From NCBI RefSeq assembly GCF_001194135.2, contig NC_069002.1:24836947-24877036 (forward strand): DNA of 40,090 nucleotides. Reading direction: 5' to 3'. Below the pieces are notes generated by a model. That model was not told where the DNA came from and did no database searches. It worked only from the letters and a program-made list of their open reading frames with translations. This DNA is from Octopus bimaculoides (taxonomy: Eukaryota). Below are positions 20,027-31,846 of this stretch, piece after piece (the first letter of the stretch is position 1; every line of letters starts with the position of its first letter). Made by a program: the position numbers and the translations under genes.

Positions 20027-22884
20027 CCTACATGATAGATATTACGACAATTTAGTGTACCCCAGATTTGCGCTGATTTCTCCCTGACCTCTCAAATGAG
20101 GATACTAGTTATTTAATTATCAATATCGTTATTAACTCTCTTTTATTTTTTTCGATATTTTTTCAGGAATTGTAGGGGTTTTTGTGATTTCTTGCTTAAT
20201 AGAAATTCCATCGCCAGTTTGTTGATATGTTGTAACAAAATGGAATTCAACGATAGTTCACGGATGAAATTTTACATCGGGTCTACATACGATAATTTAT
20301 TTTATTTATTTTACTTGCATAAGTATTTATTGGCCAATCTAAACAGGAAACTTCATAACGGACGTTCGATACATATTCGGTGATTATGGCAAAAATACTG
20401 AGAGCACATTTAGTATAGAATGGCCCACCTTTCCCTATCGCACCAGCTTAACTCACGAAGTCGAGTTGTTATCATTTAATAGTAAAGAGTACATTACGGC
20501 AGAACAAAAACAACTTAAGTTCTTTAAATGACATGATGAATAATTGCTTACGAAAATAGGAAAAGCTTGCTCTGTAATTTTCCTCTGATAGACCTGCCAT
20601 ACGGAAATTCACAAGAATTTTCGGACCGTTTCCAAATTAATCATTGATTTTGCTCAGCTATTTACATTCTGTTTACCTATTTCTTCAGAATCGGTCGAGT
20701 TACAAATTGTTTTTGACCGTTTAACATAGTCTTAGGAACTAATATTCATTTTCAAACACGTTTTAACAATCAACGATATTTTCTTTAAGAATACCGTAGT
20801 TTTCTCATTTTTTCCTCCTTATTCGGCCATTCAACTGTTATTTGTTTCTTACTTTCTCTTGTTCTTTCTTTCTTTCTTTGCGTCTTTCTTTTTATTCCAC
20901 ATTGTAGTATTTAAGCGTGGATGAAGTCCTATTAATTGTTTGAGATATCTTCAGTTTATATGATTAAATTGCATCGTTATTTTTATCTATTTATATAAAC
21001 ACAAAAGTATGTTTCTCCTTTTATATAAACAATCAAATATTTCTATTTATTCAAAGTAATTTTTGCACATCCATTCAATTAAATACTTCTTTATGTTTTC
21101 ATTTTCAGACTAAGCACAGCTGAAATCCTAAAATCCAACTTTGCATTTAATTTCCTCTGACCGACATAACAAGTATGAATCATGAAGCACAGTCGGTTTT
21201 GTTCTTTCGTGTCCCCTATAATTGGTTAGCTTTATACAAATGCTTGGTATTATCATTAATGTGCTCCATACATTAAAGGTTCTAGAATCCATAACTGAAG
21301 ACAACGTGAAGAATCGAAACTGGTTGTTCGAACGTGTTGTGTAAGAATGTACCTCATTTCCCTCTTATTGAGCGACTGTCGAGATGTGTATATATCGCGG
21401 ATTATGGTTAACCATTTATTGCATTAATTAATAAAAGCAAGCAAGTTTATAGAAGATGCAATTTATGAGTACATGATTTAATTTGACGAGGTATATTTTT
21501 CTTAAAAGAAAACATTAATGACCTGAGATGATTGATTTTACCTGATATGTCCGTCTCCACATGTATGTTTAAATTGTTTTCGAAAACATAATTTGCCTGA
21601 ACGAACGCGAAAAAGCAGGAAATTTTAGTACTAGCTGGGAGAAAACACTAAATGCTTGTATATACATACATGCGAGGTTTTCTGGGTTGGGTGGGTTCTG
21701 TATTCATAAGAAAAACTAACACAACAAACATACATGGCTAATTTTATTCTCTGCAAAGTACATCGAGTTTTCCAAATAAATATTCTAAATTTGGTCCAGA
21801 ACTATCAGCTTTTAAAACATTCATCGAAAGGAAATGGAAATGATTCTCAAGCGAAAACTAGAATAAATTCACAAGATGTCAACATGATTGCGCTTATATA
21901 TTATCGACTTCCTGTCTTTCTGCAGGAAAATGCGTCAATGTAAACGGAGATAAAGTGAACATAAAGCATAGCAAGAGAAAGAAATGGTATGAATAAACTA
22001 ACTTTCTGATATATATATACATACATAAATACATATACATACACATAGATAGATAGATANNNNNNNNNNNNNNNNNNNNNNNNNNNNNNNNNNNNNNNNN
22101 NNNNNNNNNNNNNNNNNNNNNNNNNNNNNNNNNNNNNNNNNNNNNNNNNNNNNNNNNNNNNNNNNNNNNNNNNNNNNNNNNNNNNNNNNNNNNNNNNNNN
22201 NNNNNNNNNNNNNNNNNNNNNNNNNNNNNNNNNNNNNNNNNNNNNNNNNNNNNNNNNNNNNNNNNNNNNNNNNNNNNNNNNNNNNNNNNNNNNNNNNNNN
22301 NNNNNNNNNNNNNNNNNNNNNNNNNNNNNNNNNNNNNNNNNNNNNNNNNNNNNNNNNNNNNNNNNNNNNNNNNNNNNNNNNNNNNNNNNNNNNNNNNNNN
22401 NNNNNNNNNNNNNNNNNNNNNNNNNNNNNNNNNNNNNNNNNNNNNNNNNNNNNNNNNNNNNNNNNNNNNNNNNNNNNNNNNNNNNNNNNNNNNNNNNNNN
22501 NNNNNNNNNNNNNNNNNNNNNNNNNNNNNNNNNNNNNNNNNNNNNNNNNNNNNNNNNNNNNNNNNNNNNNNNNNNNNNNNNNNNNNNNNNNNNNNNNNNN
22601 NNNNNNNNNNNNNNNNNNNNNNNNNNNNNNNNNNNNNNNNNNNNNNNNNNNNNNNNNNNNNNNNNNNNNNNNNNNNNNNNNNNNNNNNNNNNNNNNNNNN
22701 NNNNNNNNNNNNNNNNNNNNNNNNNNNNNNNNNNNNNNNNNNNNNNNNNNNNNNNNNNNNNNNNNNNNNNNNNNNNNNNNNNNNNNNNNNNNNNNNNNNN
22801 NNNNNNNNNNNNNNNNNNNNNNNNNNNNNNNNNNNNNNNNNNNNNNNNNTATATATATACATACATAAATACATATACATACAC

Positions 22885-22939
<55 letters not shown>

Positions 22940-22940
<1 letters not shown>

Positions 22941-23065
22941 AAGCCTTTGTAGCAAACTGTATTCGTCTCTTAACTTCAACGTGAGATTTAGGACATGTCA
23001 CTGCGTTACCGAGATAGCTAAAGGCCTTCGTGTACTTCAGAACCTCTCTGCGTACTGTTACTGCA
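22940..23065 (-). mobile_element. RTE-type LINE reverse-transcriptase C-terminal fragment
   Basis: VTVRREVLKYTKAFSYLGNAVTCPKSHVEVKRRIQFATKAF matches the F.YLGS...D.EV.RRI..A..AF signature. Cut off by a (GATA)n tract. Confidence 0.7.
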
Positions 23066-23382
23066 TCGGGTCAGGAGAAGCCATGGCTGCCAGAGGTTGA
23101 GACATAGGGATGTGCTGATGAGACATAAAATACTCCAGCATTTTTCCAGACACCTGAGAAGAGTAAGCTCAACGGTGCTATGAATAGCACCGATCGGTGA
23201 AGCTCGGATTTCCGGCCAGTGCAGAGAAAAATCAGAGAGAACATGAAAGAGCACCTACAGTAGATGCCACCGTTGTGGAGGTTAAAGAGCAGGCCTTGTA
23301 GCCTGCCTGGTAGACTGCTAGAGATGATTAATTAACAAGAGCATTCAACGTCACCCTACGACAGACAGACGATGACGATATA

Positions 23383-23439
<57 letters not shown>

Positions 23440-24133
23440 NNNNNNNNNNNNNNNNNNNNNNNNNNNNNNNNNNNNNNNNNNNNNNNNNNNNNNNNNNNNN
23501 NNNNNNNNNNNNNNNNNNNNNNNNNNNNNNNNNNNNNNNNNNNNNNNNNNNNNNNNNNNNNNNNNNNNNNNNNNNNNNNNNNNNNNNNNNNNNNNNNNNN
23601 NNNNNNNNNNNNNNNNNNNNNNNNNNNNNNNNNNNNNNNNNNNNNNNNNNNNNNNNNNNNNNNNNNNNNNNNNNNNNNNNNNNNNNNNNNNNNNNNNNNN
23701 NNNNNNNNNNNNNNNNNNNNNNNNNNNNNNNNNNNNNNNNNNNNNNNNNNNNNNNNNNNNNNNNNNNNNNNNNNNNNNNNNNNNNNNNNNNNNNNNNNNN
23801 NNNNNNNNNNNNNNNNNNNNNNNNNNNNNNNNNNNNNNNNNNNNNNNNNNNNNNNNNNNNNNNNNNNNNNNNNNNNNNNNNNNNNNNNNNNNNNNNNAAG
23901 AGTTCCAACACTGTCTGTTTTTTATGTTTTATTTATATTCCTGCAGAACTAATGTGGGGTATAGAATATGGAATATACAATATATAATATAATATACAAT
24001 ATACAATATAAAATAAAATAACATAAAAATGGATGGCACCCTGAAAGAAAGTATTGAATGTAGATGAAATATTGAGTGTTCAATATAAAGGATCAAATAT
24101 ATAAATATATAAATATAAATATATATATATAAA

Positions 24134-24173
24134 GGCGACTCGAGTTTCAGGGCTATTTCCCTTCGTCATGGCC
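24134..24173 (-). ncRNA. Minimal type I hammerhead ribozyme motif (HH-b), with a 1-nt insertion in the core
   Basis: 5'-GGC C[A]UGACGA AGGG aaauag CCCU GAAA CUCGAGU C GCC-3'. Helix I GGC/GCC, helix II 4 bp, palindromic helix III, GUC site (C17 = 24137). Confidence 0.65.
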
Positions 24174-24289
24174 GGTATGACAGACTTTAACAAATAAAAA
24201 GTAACAACAGAAGAATGAGACCTCGATATTAGATAAATAGAGAATTTTTTATATATGTTATAATTTAGAACAAACAGTAAAAGATTGTG

Positions 24290-24354
24290 ATTATAGTACT
24301 CGGAGTTTCGAATGTTGGAGTGAATAGCGACATACATTCTCGTCGGCTATTAAT
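24290..24354 (-). ncRNA. Type I hammerhead ribozyme motif (HH-a), with U4C in the core
   Basis: 5'-AUU a AUAG CCGACGA GAAUGU (18 nt) ACAUUC GAAA CUCCGAGU A CUAU AAU-3'. Helix I 7 bp with one bulge, helix II 6 bp, short helix III, GUA site (A17 = 24297). Confidence 0.75.
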
Positions 24355-24496
24355 GGCAACAGATGCTATGAAAAACCTTTGAATAAAAGGGAAGTTACTA
24401 TAATAGGTAGAAAAAGAAAAAGGAAAAAGATTATATATATATTTACATATATATACATATATATATTACATCAATTCGAAATAAACCGCTCTCCTC

Positions 24497-25336
24497 GAAG
24501 GCAGACGACCATATAGATTTCCAGCATAGAGGATAAACCATAATTTTTTTAGCAGATTTCAAAAGACTTAAAGCAACATGTTGTCTATAAGCTCTTAGAG
24601 TTAAATCCATTGGAAATTGACAGTTAAGTTCTTGCTGGTAGAGATAAATTAATGTGAGATAATCTCCCCAGCCGCTATGTTACTGTGGCCATATATCCAG
24701 CCCTTATCTACATAAAAGGATGTCTCAGAGTTGCTAGTAAAATAAGGACAGATAAAGAAGAGGTGATAGCCAGAAAGAGGAAGGACAGGGGTGGTTAAAC
24801 ATATGATTATCAAGTAAAAGGGGCATAAATTGGAAAACAAAACCGGTCAAAATAGGTTCTACGTTTGGAGACTAAAATTGAGAGTAACAAGGTGTATCCT
24901 CACTTAGCAAAGTTTATGTATTAAAAATTTAGAAAAGGATTTTAGAACCATGTAAGATAAAAAGGATAGGTAAATCAACCTAAACCTTAGAAGTTGGGTA
25001 CTTTAATTTATAAGAGAACGCTCATAAGGCCCATCCTTACCATATTGCCAAGTCGGTCATGCTAAAACTATTCAACAATGAATCTATAATTAAATCAAAA
25101 ATTCATCAGAGTAGGAGAACACAGTTTATATTGAATCAAAACCAGAGATTAAAGCCTAAAAGGCTAAGATAACTATTTCTATATCGGGTAAACTTTTTTT
25201 TTTTTAACTTGAAAAATATTTCTGTATATAAAAATTACCAACATTATAGAAAAACCATGAAAAGATACTGATGAAAATCTGCTTAAAAATAATGAATTAT
25301 CCTTTATGTTGGAAATTTATATGGTCGTCTGCTTCC
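24497..25336. mobile_element. Non-autonomous DNA-transposon-like element with about 65-bp terminal inverted repeats (right end runs into a gap)
   Basis: 24497-24561 is the reverse complement of 25272-25336 at roughly 80-85% identity (..TATCCT.TATG.TGGAAAT.TATATGGTCGTCTGC..). No ORF inside. Confidence 0.65.
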
Positions 25337-27384
25337 NNNNNNNNNNNNNNNNNNNNNNNNNNNNNNNNNNNNNNNNNNNNNNNNNNNNNNNNNNNNNNNN
25401 NNNNNNNNNNNNNNNNNNNNNNNNNNNNNNNNNNNNNNNNNNNNNNNNNNNNNNNNNNNNNNNNNNNNNNNNNNNNNNNNNNNNNNNNNNNNNNNNNNNN
25501 NNNNNNNNNNNNNNNNNNNNNNNNNNNNNNNNNNNNNNNNNNNNNNNNNNNNNNNNNNNNNNNNNNNNNNNNNNNNNNNNNNNNNNNNNNNNNNNNNNNN
25601 NNNNNNNNNNNNNNNNNNNNNNNNNNNNNNNNNNNNNNNNNNNNNNNNNNNNNNNNNNNNNNNNNNNNNNNNNNNNNNNNNNNNNNNNNNNNNNNNNNNN
25701 NNNNNNNNNNNNNNNNNNNNNNNNNNNNNNNNNNNNNNNNNNNNNNNNNNNNNNNNNNNNNNNNNNNNNNNNNNNNNNNNNNNNNNNNNNNNNNNNNNNN
25801 NNNNNNNNNNNNNNNNNNNNNNNNNNNNNNNNNNNNNNNNNNNNNNNNNNNNNNNNNNNNNNNNNNNNNNNNNNNNNNNNNNNNNNNNNNNNNNNNNNNN
25901 NNNNNNNNNNNNNNNNNNNNNNNNNNNNNNNNNNNNNNNNNNNNNNNNNNNNNNNNNNNNNNNNNNNNNNNNNNNNNNNNNNNNNNNNNNNNNNNNNNNN
26001 NNNNNNNNNNNNNNNNNNNNNNNNNNNNNNNNNNNNNNNNNNNNNNNNNNNNNNNNNNNNNNNNNNNNNNNNNNNNNNNNNNNNNNNNNNNNNNNNNNNN
26101 NNNNNNNNNNNNNNNNNNNNNNNNNNNNNNNNNNNNNNNNNNNNNNNNNNNNNNNNNNNNNNNNNNNNNNNNNNNNNNNNNNNNNNNNNNNNNNNNNNNN
26201 NNNNNNNNNNNNNNNNNNNNNNNNNNNNNNNNNNNNNNNNNNNNNNNNNNNNNNNNNNNNNNNNNNNNNNNNNNNNNNNNNNNNNNNGAAGAAGAAGAAG
26301 AAGAAGAAGAAGAAGAAGAAGAAGAAGAAGAAGAAGAAGAAGAAGAAGAAGAAGAAGAAGATAAAGAATATTCTACATCTTTAATTATAAGTTAGAAATG
26401 TTTCCATACCATTTCCATTTGCAACTCCAGTTGACGCGAAAATTCTATATGAAAATTCACTAATATTTGTGGTTTTAAACATTAGAGAAGCACTTCGTCG
26501 GACTTACATCAAAGGTGTGTTATTACATTGTGTGTATGTATATACTTTTATATATATAAACGCACACACTCACACACACACACATACGCATACACCTACA
26601 TACGTGTGTGCGTGTGTGTGCGTGTGTGTTTGAAAAAATGAATAGAAATGACTTTTCAGATAATTTTCCACTTAAATAAATAAATGTTTATAAACGTCTA
26701 ATTATTAAAATGGAAAAATTATCAGAAAAACCATTTCTATCATCTTTTCAAATATATAATACTGTACCAAGGACTTCCTATTTCTTATTCGTCTCTCTCT
26801 CTCTCTCTCTCTCTCTNNNNNNNNNNNNNNNNNNNNNNNNNNNNNNNNNNNNNNNNNNNNNNNNNNNNNNNNNNNNNNNNNNNNNNNNNNNNNNNNNNNN
26901 NNNNNNNNNNNNNNNNNNNNNNNNNNNNNNNNNNNNNNNNNNNNNNNNNNNNNNNNNNNNNNNNNNNNNNNNNNNNNNNNNNNNNNNNNNNNNNNNNNNN
27001 NNNNNNNNNNNNNNNNNNNNNNNNNNNNNNNNNNNNNNNNNNNNNNNNNNNNNNNNNNNNNNNNNNNNNNNNNNNNNNNNNNNNNNNNNNNNNNNNNNNN
27101 NNNNNNNNNNNNNNNNNNNNNNNNNNNNNNNNNNNNNNNNNNNNNNNNNNNNNNNNNNNNNNNNNNNNNNNNNNNNNNNNNNNNNNNNNNNNNNNNNNNN
27201 NNNNNNNNNNNNNNNNNNNNNNNNNNNNNNNNNNTATATATATATATATGCATATATACATACATATATGTACATACCTACATATGTATATATACATGCA
27301 TATATGGGTACAGGACGTAAAAAAAACGTGAACAAAATGAGAAACGAGAACATAAAAACAAAAACATGGAAAACTAAGAATGGG

Positions 27385-27429
27385 AAGACAGACGAAATTC
27401 CGCTAACGATTCTGCCAGTTTGCCGCCTT
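27385..27429 (-). mobile_element. SINE family A head fragment with an internal deletion
   Basis: Reverse complement AAGGCGGCAAACTGGCAGAATCGTTAGCGGAATTTCGTCTGTCTT. The deletion joins two TTAGC motifs. Confidence 0.7.
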
Positions 27430-28699
27430 AAAGAAAGACCAAAAGAAAAGTAAATGAATTCATGAATGATGGCAGAATCGGTAGAGAGTCTCTAGGATTA
27501 ATTTCCGATATTTGAGTAGGACACCTTTACAGATTTTAGTCCTAAGGACGATGAGTTTAGTATTGTTGCTGTTGTAATTAATCATAGTTTAGAATGTGGT
27601 GCTCCAGCACGGTCACGGTTCAGATACTGAAATTTGTAATGAGAAATGTAAAAACTGATGAAAAAACGAATGAGAATGCAAGAATAATAAAAAAAGAAAC
27701 ATAACCTGAGAAAGAAAACGAATAGAGATAAAAATATTTTCAAAAAGAAGAGAGAAGAGGAAGGGGAGGATGAGGGGGGGTGAGTATAATAAGAAAGATT
27801 TTCTGAAGAAAAAGAAGTGTAAGAAAGGAGTAGAAAAGGAATTGAAGTTTAAGTATTGGTGGTATGACTTATGTTATATAACAACTCCAAGTAAGCTGGA
27901 GCCTCCAAATTAGCGCCATTTCTGCTGTTTTACAATACCCAGGCGCTGCATCTCGCTGGCTTGTCGTCGTTTTCTTTAGGGAAGACCAAACTGCTAGACA
28001 GGTAGATTTCCCTATGGTTGAAGACGTGACGTCTCTACTACATTAGTTCTCACTAATATTAGAACCGTAATCCAATGAATTCAATTGAGTAGAAACATTA
28101 TAAAATGTTGTGGTTGTTGTTGAAGTGAGAATTTTTGCGAAATTCTGTCGTGACAATTCCCTATAACATTCAGAAAGTAAATTACTATTGGTGATATGAC
28201 TTATGTTATATCACAAATTATTTAAAATAAGCGAGAAATAGCGCTGAATACAGCTGGTGTTTCCAATCCTAATTAGATTGAGCAGCATTTTATTCTTACA
28301 AGCATAGCACAATGTCGAAAATTCCCGCTATGCCAAATTGTTGAAAACAATGTTAAATTGTCGAAAACAATATAATAAATTATCGATAATCAATGCGTTA
28401 AATAGTTGTCAAAATTTCTCTACTAATTCTTCATAAACCTACTTCTGCTAGCTTACAGATCTAAATGAATATTACAAAATTCAATATTTGCGTCGCTTCT
28501 TTGCAGAGTGTCGCAGAATGAAGGAGTGACCTTTGTTAAGTTGAGGTGGCGAGACAGTTTCAATCTTTGTTGGAATCGATACCAATCACTCTTCCAAATA
28601 TCTTCAACGTCACATTTGTTACCATTTGCATTTCTTTAATTCTATAAGTTTTCAAAAGATTGACCACAAGAGAACCAATATTTTTTTTTTTTATTTTTG

Positions 28700-28905
28700 A
28701 AGGCGGCGAGTTGGTAGAAACGTTAGCACGCCGGGCGAAATGCTTAGCGGTATTTCGTCTGTCTTTACGTTCTGAGTTCAAATTCCGCCAAGGTCGACTT
28801 TTGGGAGTCGATAAATTAAGTACCAGTTGCGTACTGGTGTCGATCTAATTGACTGGCCCCTCCCCAAAAATTTCGGGTCTTGTGCCTAGAGTAGAACAGA
28901 ATATT
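28700..28905 (+). mobile_element. SINE family A, well-preserved copy with a deletion in the central block
   Basis: Full head and tail. AATATTTTTTT on both sides (28677-28687 and 28900-28910) is a probable TSD. Confidence 0.9.
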
Positions 28906-30428
28906 TTTTTAAAACGTCATAGATAGAATGTAAGTTTTCTTCTTTTTTTGACACCCAATTTCCATTCCTCTTTAACGCAAATGAGGTTCACTTATATTAA
29001 GTAAAACATTTGCGCAAGAGCACAGTGAGACCTCATAAAAGAAGTCAATCGTTGAGCGGCGTACTTATATAGTTAAAAGGTGGAGAAATATTATTCTAAA
29101 GTAAATAAATGCATACATTCACTTTTCACTGTTTATCACGTTCATTGAATAAATATTTAGCATTATGTTGTCAGCAACATGTATTAAAGCTAATCTTTCT
29201 AGCGAACTAAAGTTGTTTCTGATTTACGTTACATAGGAAAGGCGTTAGCAGCCTTGCGTTTCAATTACTATCCTCTCAAAATCCAGAAGCCTAATTCGTG
29301 TTTAGGAGACAGTTATTGTTGTTATAAGACTCAAATCTCTCAATAATGGCAACACGGTTTGGATTTCTAGTTAGAGGCCATTTACTCCCACGGATTGTTA
29401 ATTTTCTCGAAAAGGTAACATAAACGTCACAATCTGCTATTTTCCTTGTAATTCTGTAGTTTAGATCGCTTGTAAGGAATCAATATAAGATGGGAATGCG
29501 TGAACTGGAAAGAAATTGAGAATTCTACAAGAGAGCTTATCTTACTAAAATAAGAAATGAATAATAGTGAGAAACAGCGCCAGAGTGTATCATAGCAAGA
29601 CATCGAGATCGGATTTATACATGCTGTAGGCTGAAATAAACTGTATCAAGGGGAAAATGTAGATGAACGAGTATGAAATACATTCGACGAGTGTCACATT
29701 TAATTGCACAGTTGAGTCTGTTCTTTAATTAGCAAGGTGATAATAAAAGTGATTACTTTGCAATCATATTCCAACCAACCTATTCTAAAATATCACCAGG
29801 CCGAAGTAGAATTAACATAAAACATCTGAGTTAACATTTGAAGGAAAAATTGCGTGAGTTGTTGGAAAGGGTTGGCGATTAGAGATCAAAGCCAGTGTGT
29901 GATTGTGTTTTACTGTTAAGTAGCAATAGTTAATAGCCAATAGGTAATAGAATATTAGTTTGATCGTTGTTAGGATTTAGTCATTGCAATGGAACTTGGT
30001 TTCTTTTATTGGCCTTAGGGGCATTTTGGTAGAGGATTGGTTATTTTACTGAGAGATAACTTCTTTCAGTAAAACTTCGTGCACGATTCGGGGCGAAACA
30101 AACTGAACAAAGCTTGCTTTCAATAATAGAAGCTTTCCGTCAATAAATGTTCCGTCTTTAATGTGGATATGGTATACTTATATATTCGACATGAATATCT
30201 GAAACTCACAATGGGTTTTAGGTTTAGTGATTATATTTAGGATGTTGACTAAAGACACAGAAACTCACAAACCACATTGAGTGTGCTGGTGTTTGTCTAT
30301 TAGGCGAATACAGTCCACCTATTGAGATTTCTCACATAAAATGTTTTAGATTTGATTCGCCTAATGTATGATAAACATGTTTGCAAACAATATTTTACAC
30401 GAACAATAACGATTGCATTCCTACACAC

Positions 30429-30589
30429 CTTTCTAACTGCGACAGCAGCAAAAGGTGATGCTGGAATTATGTAAATATTAACAATGCATGCCAAACAGCA
30501 AAATGTTTTGCGCCAATGTTGATAATTCCGAAATACGGCATCAATGTTGACACATAAATGAAAGGAAAAGCCTAAACAAGAAGCCATTT
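30429..30589 (-). CDS. Candidate coding exon, product unknown
   Basis: Acceptor TTTATTACTTTTTGCAG|AA ATG and donor AGAAAG|GTGTGT. 53 open codons: MASCLGFSFHLCVNIDAVFRNYQHWRKTFCCLACIVNIYIIPASPFAAVAVRK. No recognisable domain. Confidence 0.25.
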
Positions 30590-30668
30590 CTGCAAAAAGT
30601 AATAAACAAACACAACACACATATACACAATCATACAAAGACAGATACACACACACAAACATATGTAT

Positions 30669-30702
<34 letters not shown>

Positions 30703-30874
30703 TCGATGAGTGTCATATACACATACATATATATATATATATGCATATATATGTATATGTATATATTTATTTATATGTATATATATNNNNNNNNNNNNNN
30801 NNNNNNNNNNNNNNNNNNNNNNNNNNNNNNNNNNNNNNNNNNNNNNNNNNNNNNNNNNNNNNNNNNNNNNNNNN

Positions 30875-30909
<35 letters not shown>

Positions 30910-31636
30910 CATACATATATATACATATATATACACACACACATGAACCAAAATTACGTGACAAGAGAAATAAACATATGTATTCAAATATTTTCCAAGC
31001 ATGAAAACGGGTTTTCGCAGAAGCGTGATTCTAATAATTGCAAGTGTCCAAACCACCGTATGATTCCTTTATTGTGTGTGCATTAAAAATATAAAAATAC
31101 CAAATATAACATCCAATTAGAGTTTTTGAAGCATACAGAAATTTGAAAATTATGAGAGAAACACATTCTTGCTTTCAGATCAGTTTCGAAGATAAGGAAG
31201 ACGAAGTAACGCAATGCTGCGCACAGAAGAGACGGAATCTTCACTGACGTTACGAGGTGATGGGGATATAAACGCATTGCATTAAATTACGGATTAAAGT
31301 GGACTAAGGCAGATAAACATGGTTATTTTCTTTTCTTTCGCTTCGTGATCCAGATGATACTGTATAGACTTCTAGTGTTATTAATGGTTCAACTTCACTC
31401 AGTAGCTAATTAATATGTTTAGTTATCTGAAAAAAGGTTTAAATACGTTTTTAGTAAAAACTTGAGAAGCAAAACCGAATTCTCTTACTTGAGTCTAAAC
31501 TCAGTACAACACATCTCCAACAAAAATTATGCATATTATTGAAATTCTGCAGATCTTTAGAGTATTATATACATGTGTGTGCGTGTGGGGGTGGTGCGTG
31601 TGGGGGGGGCGTGTGTGTGCACGTGTATGTTTATAT

Positions 31637-31846
31637 ATTCTTTTATTCTTTGGTTTGTTTCAGCTATTTGACAGCAGCCATGCTGGAGCACTGCCTTTAG
31701 TCGAGCAAATTGACCCCAGGACGTATTCTTTGTAAGCCTAGTACTTATTCTATCGGTCTCTAAGTTACGGAGACGTAAACGCACCAGCATCGGTTGTCAA
31801 GCGATGCTGGAGAATAAACATAGACACACACACACACACACACACA
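31637..31846 (-). mobile_element. SINE family B, 3' half; the internal microsatellite runs into a gap
   Basis: Reverse complement matches 11065-11269. Confidence 0.85.

Noticed and set aside
20340-20560. Faint mariner-like translation (LHNGRSIH, PY, YHL)
   Set aside because: Needs several frameshifts and the catalytic motifs are not recoverable.
21295-21330. CTGAAGA...CGAAACTGGTT hammerhead-like string
   Set aside because: Neither helix II nor helix I pairs.
22010-22900. About 50-bp direct repeat on both sides of the 790-N gap
   Set aside because: Same overlap artefact. The flanks probably overlap and differ only in (GATA)n length.
28543-28613. Minus-strand UUGAAGA...GAAACUGUC hammerhead-like string
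   Set aside because: C3 is altered, the base of helix II is unpaired and helix I is out of register. Too degenerate to separate from chance.
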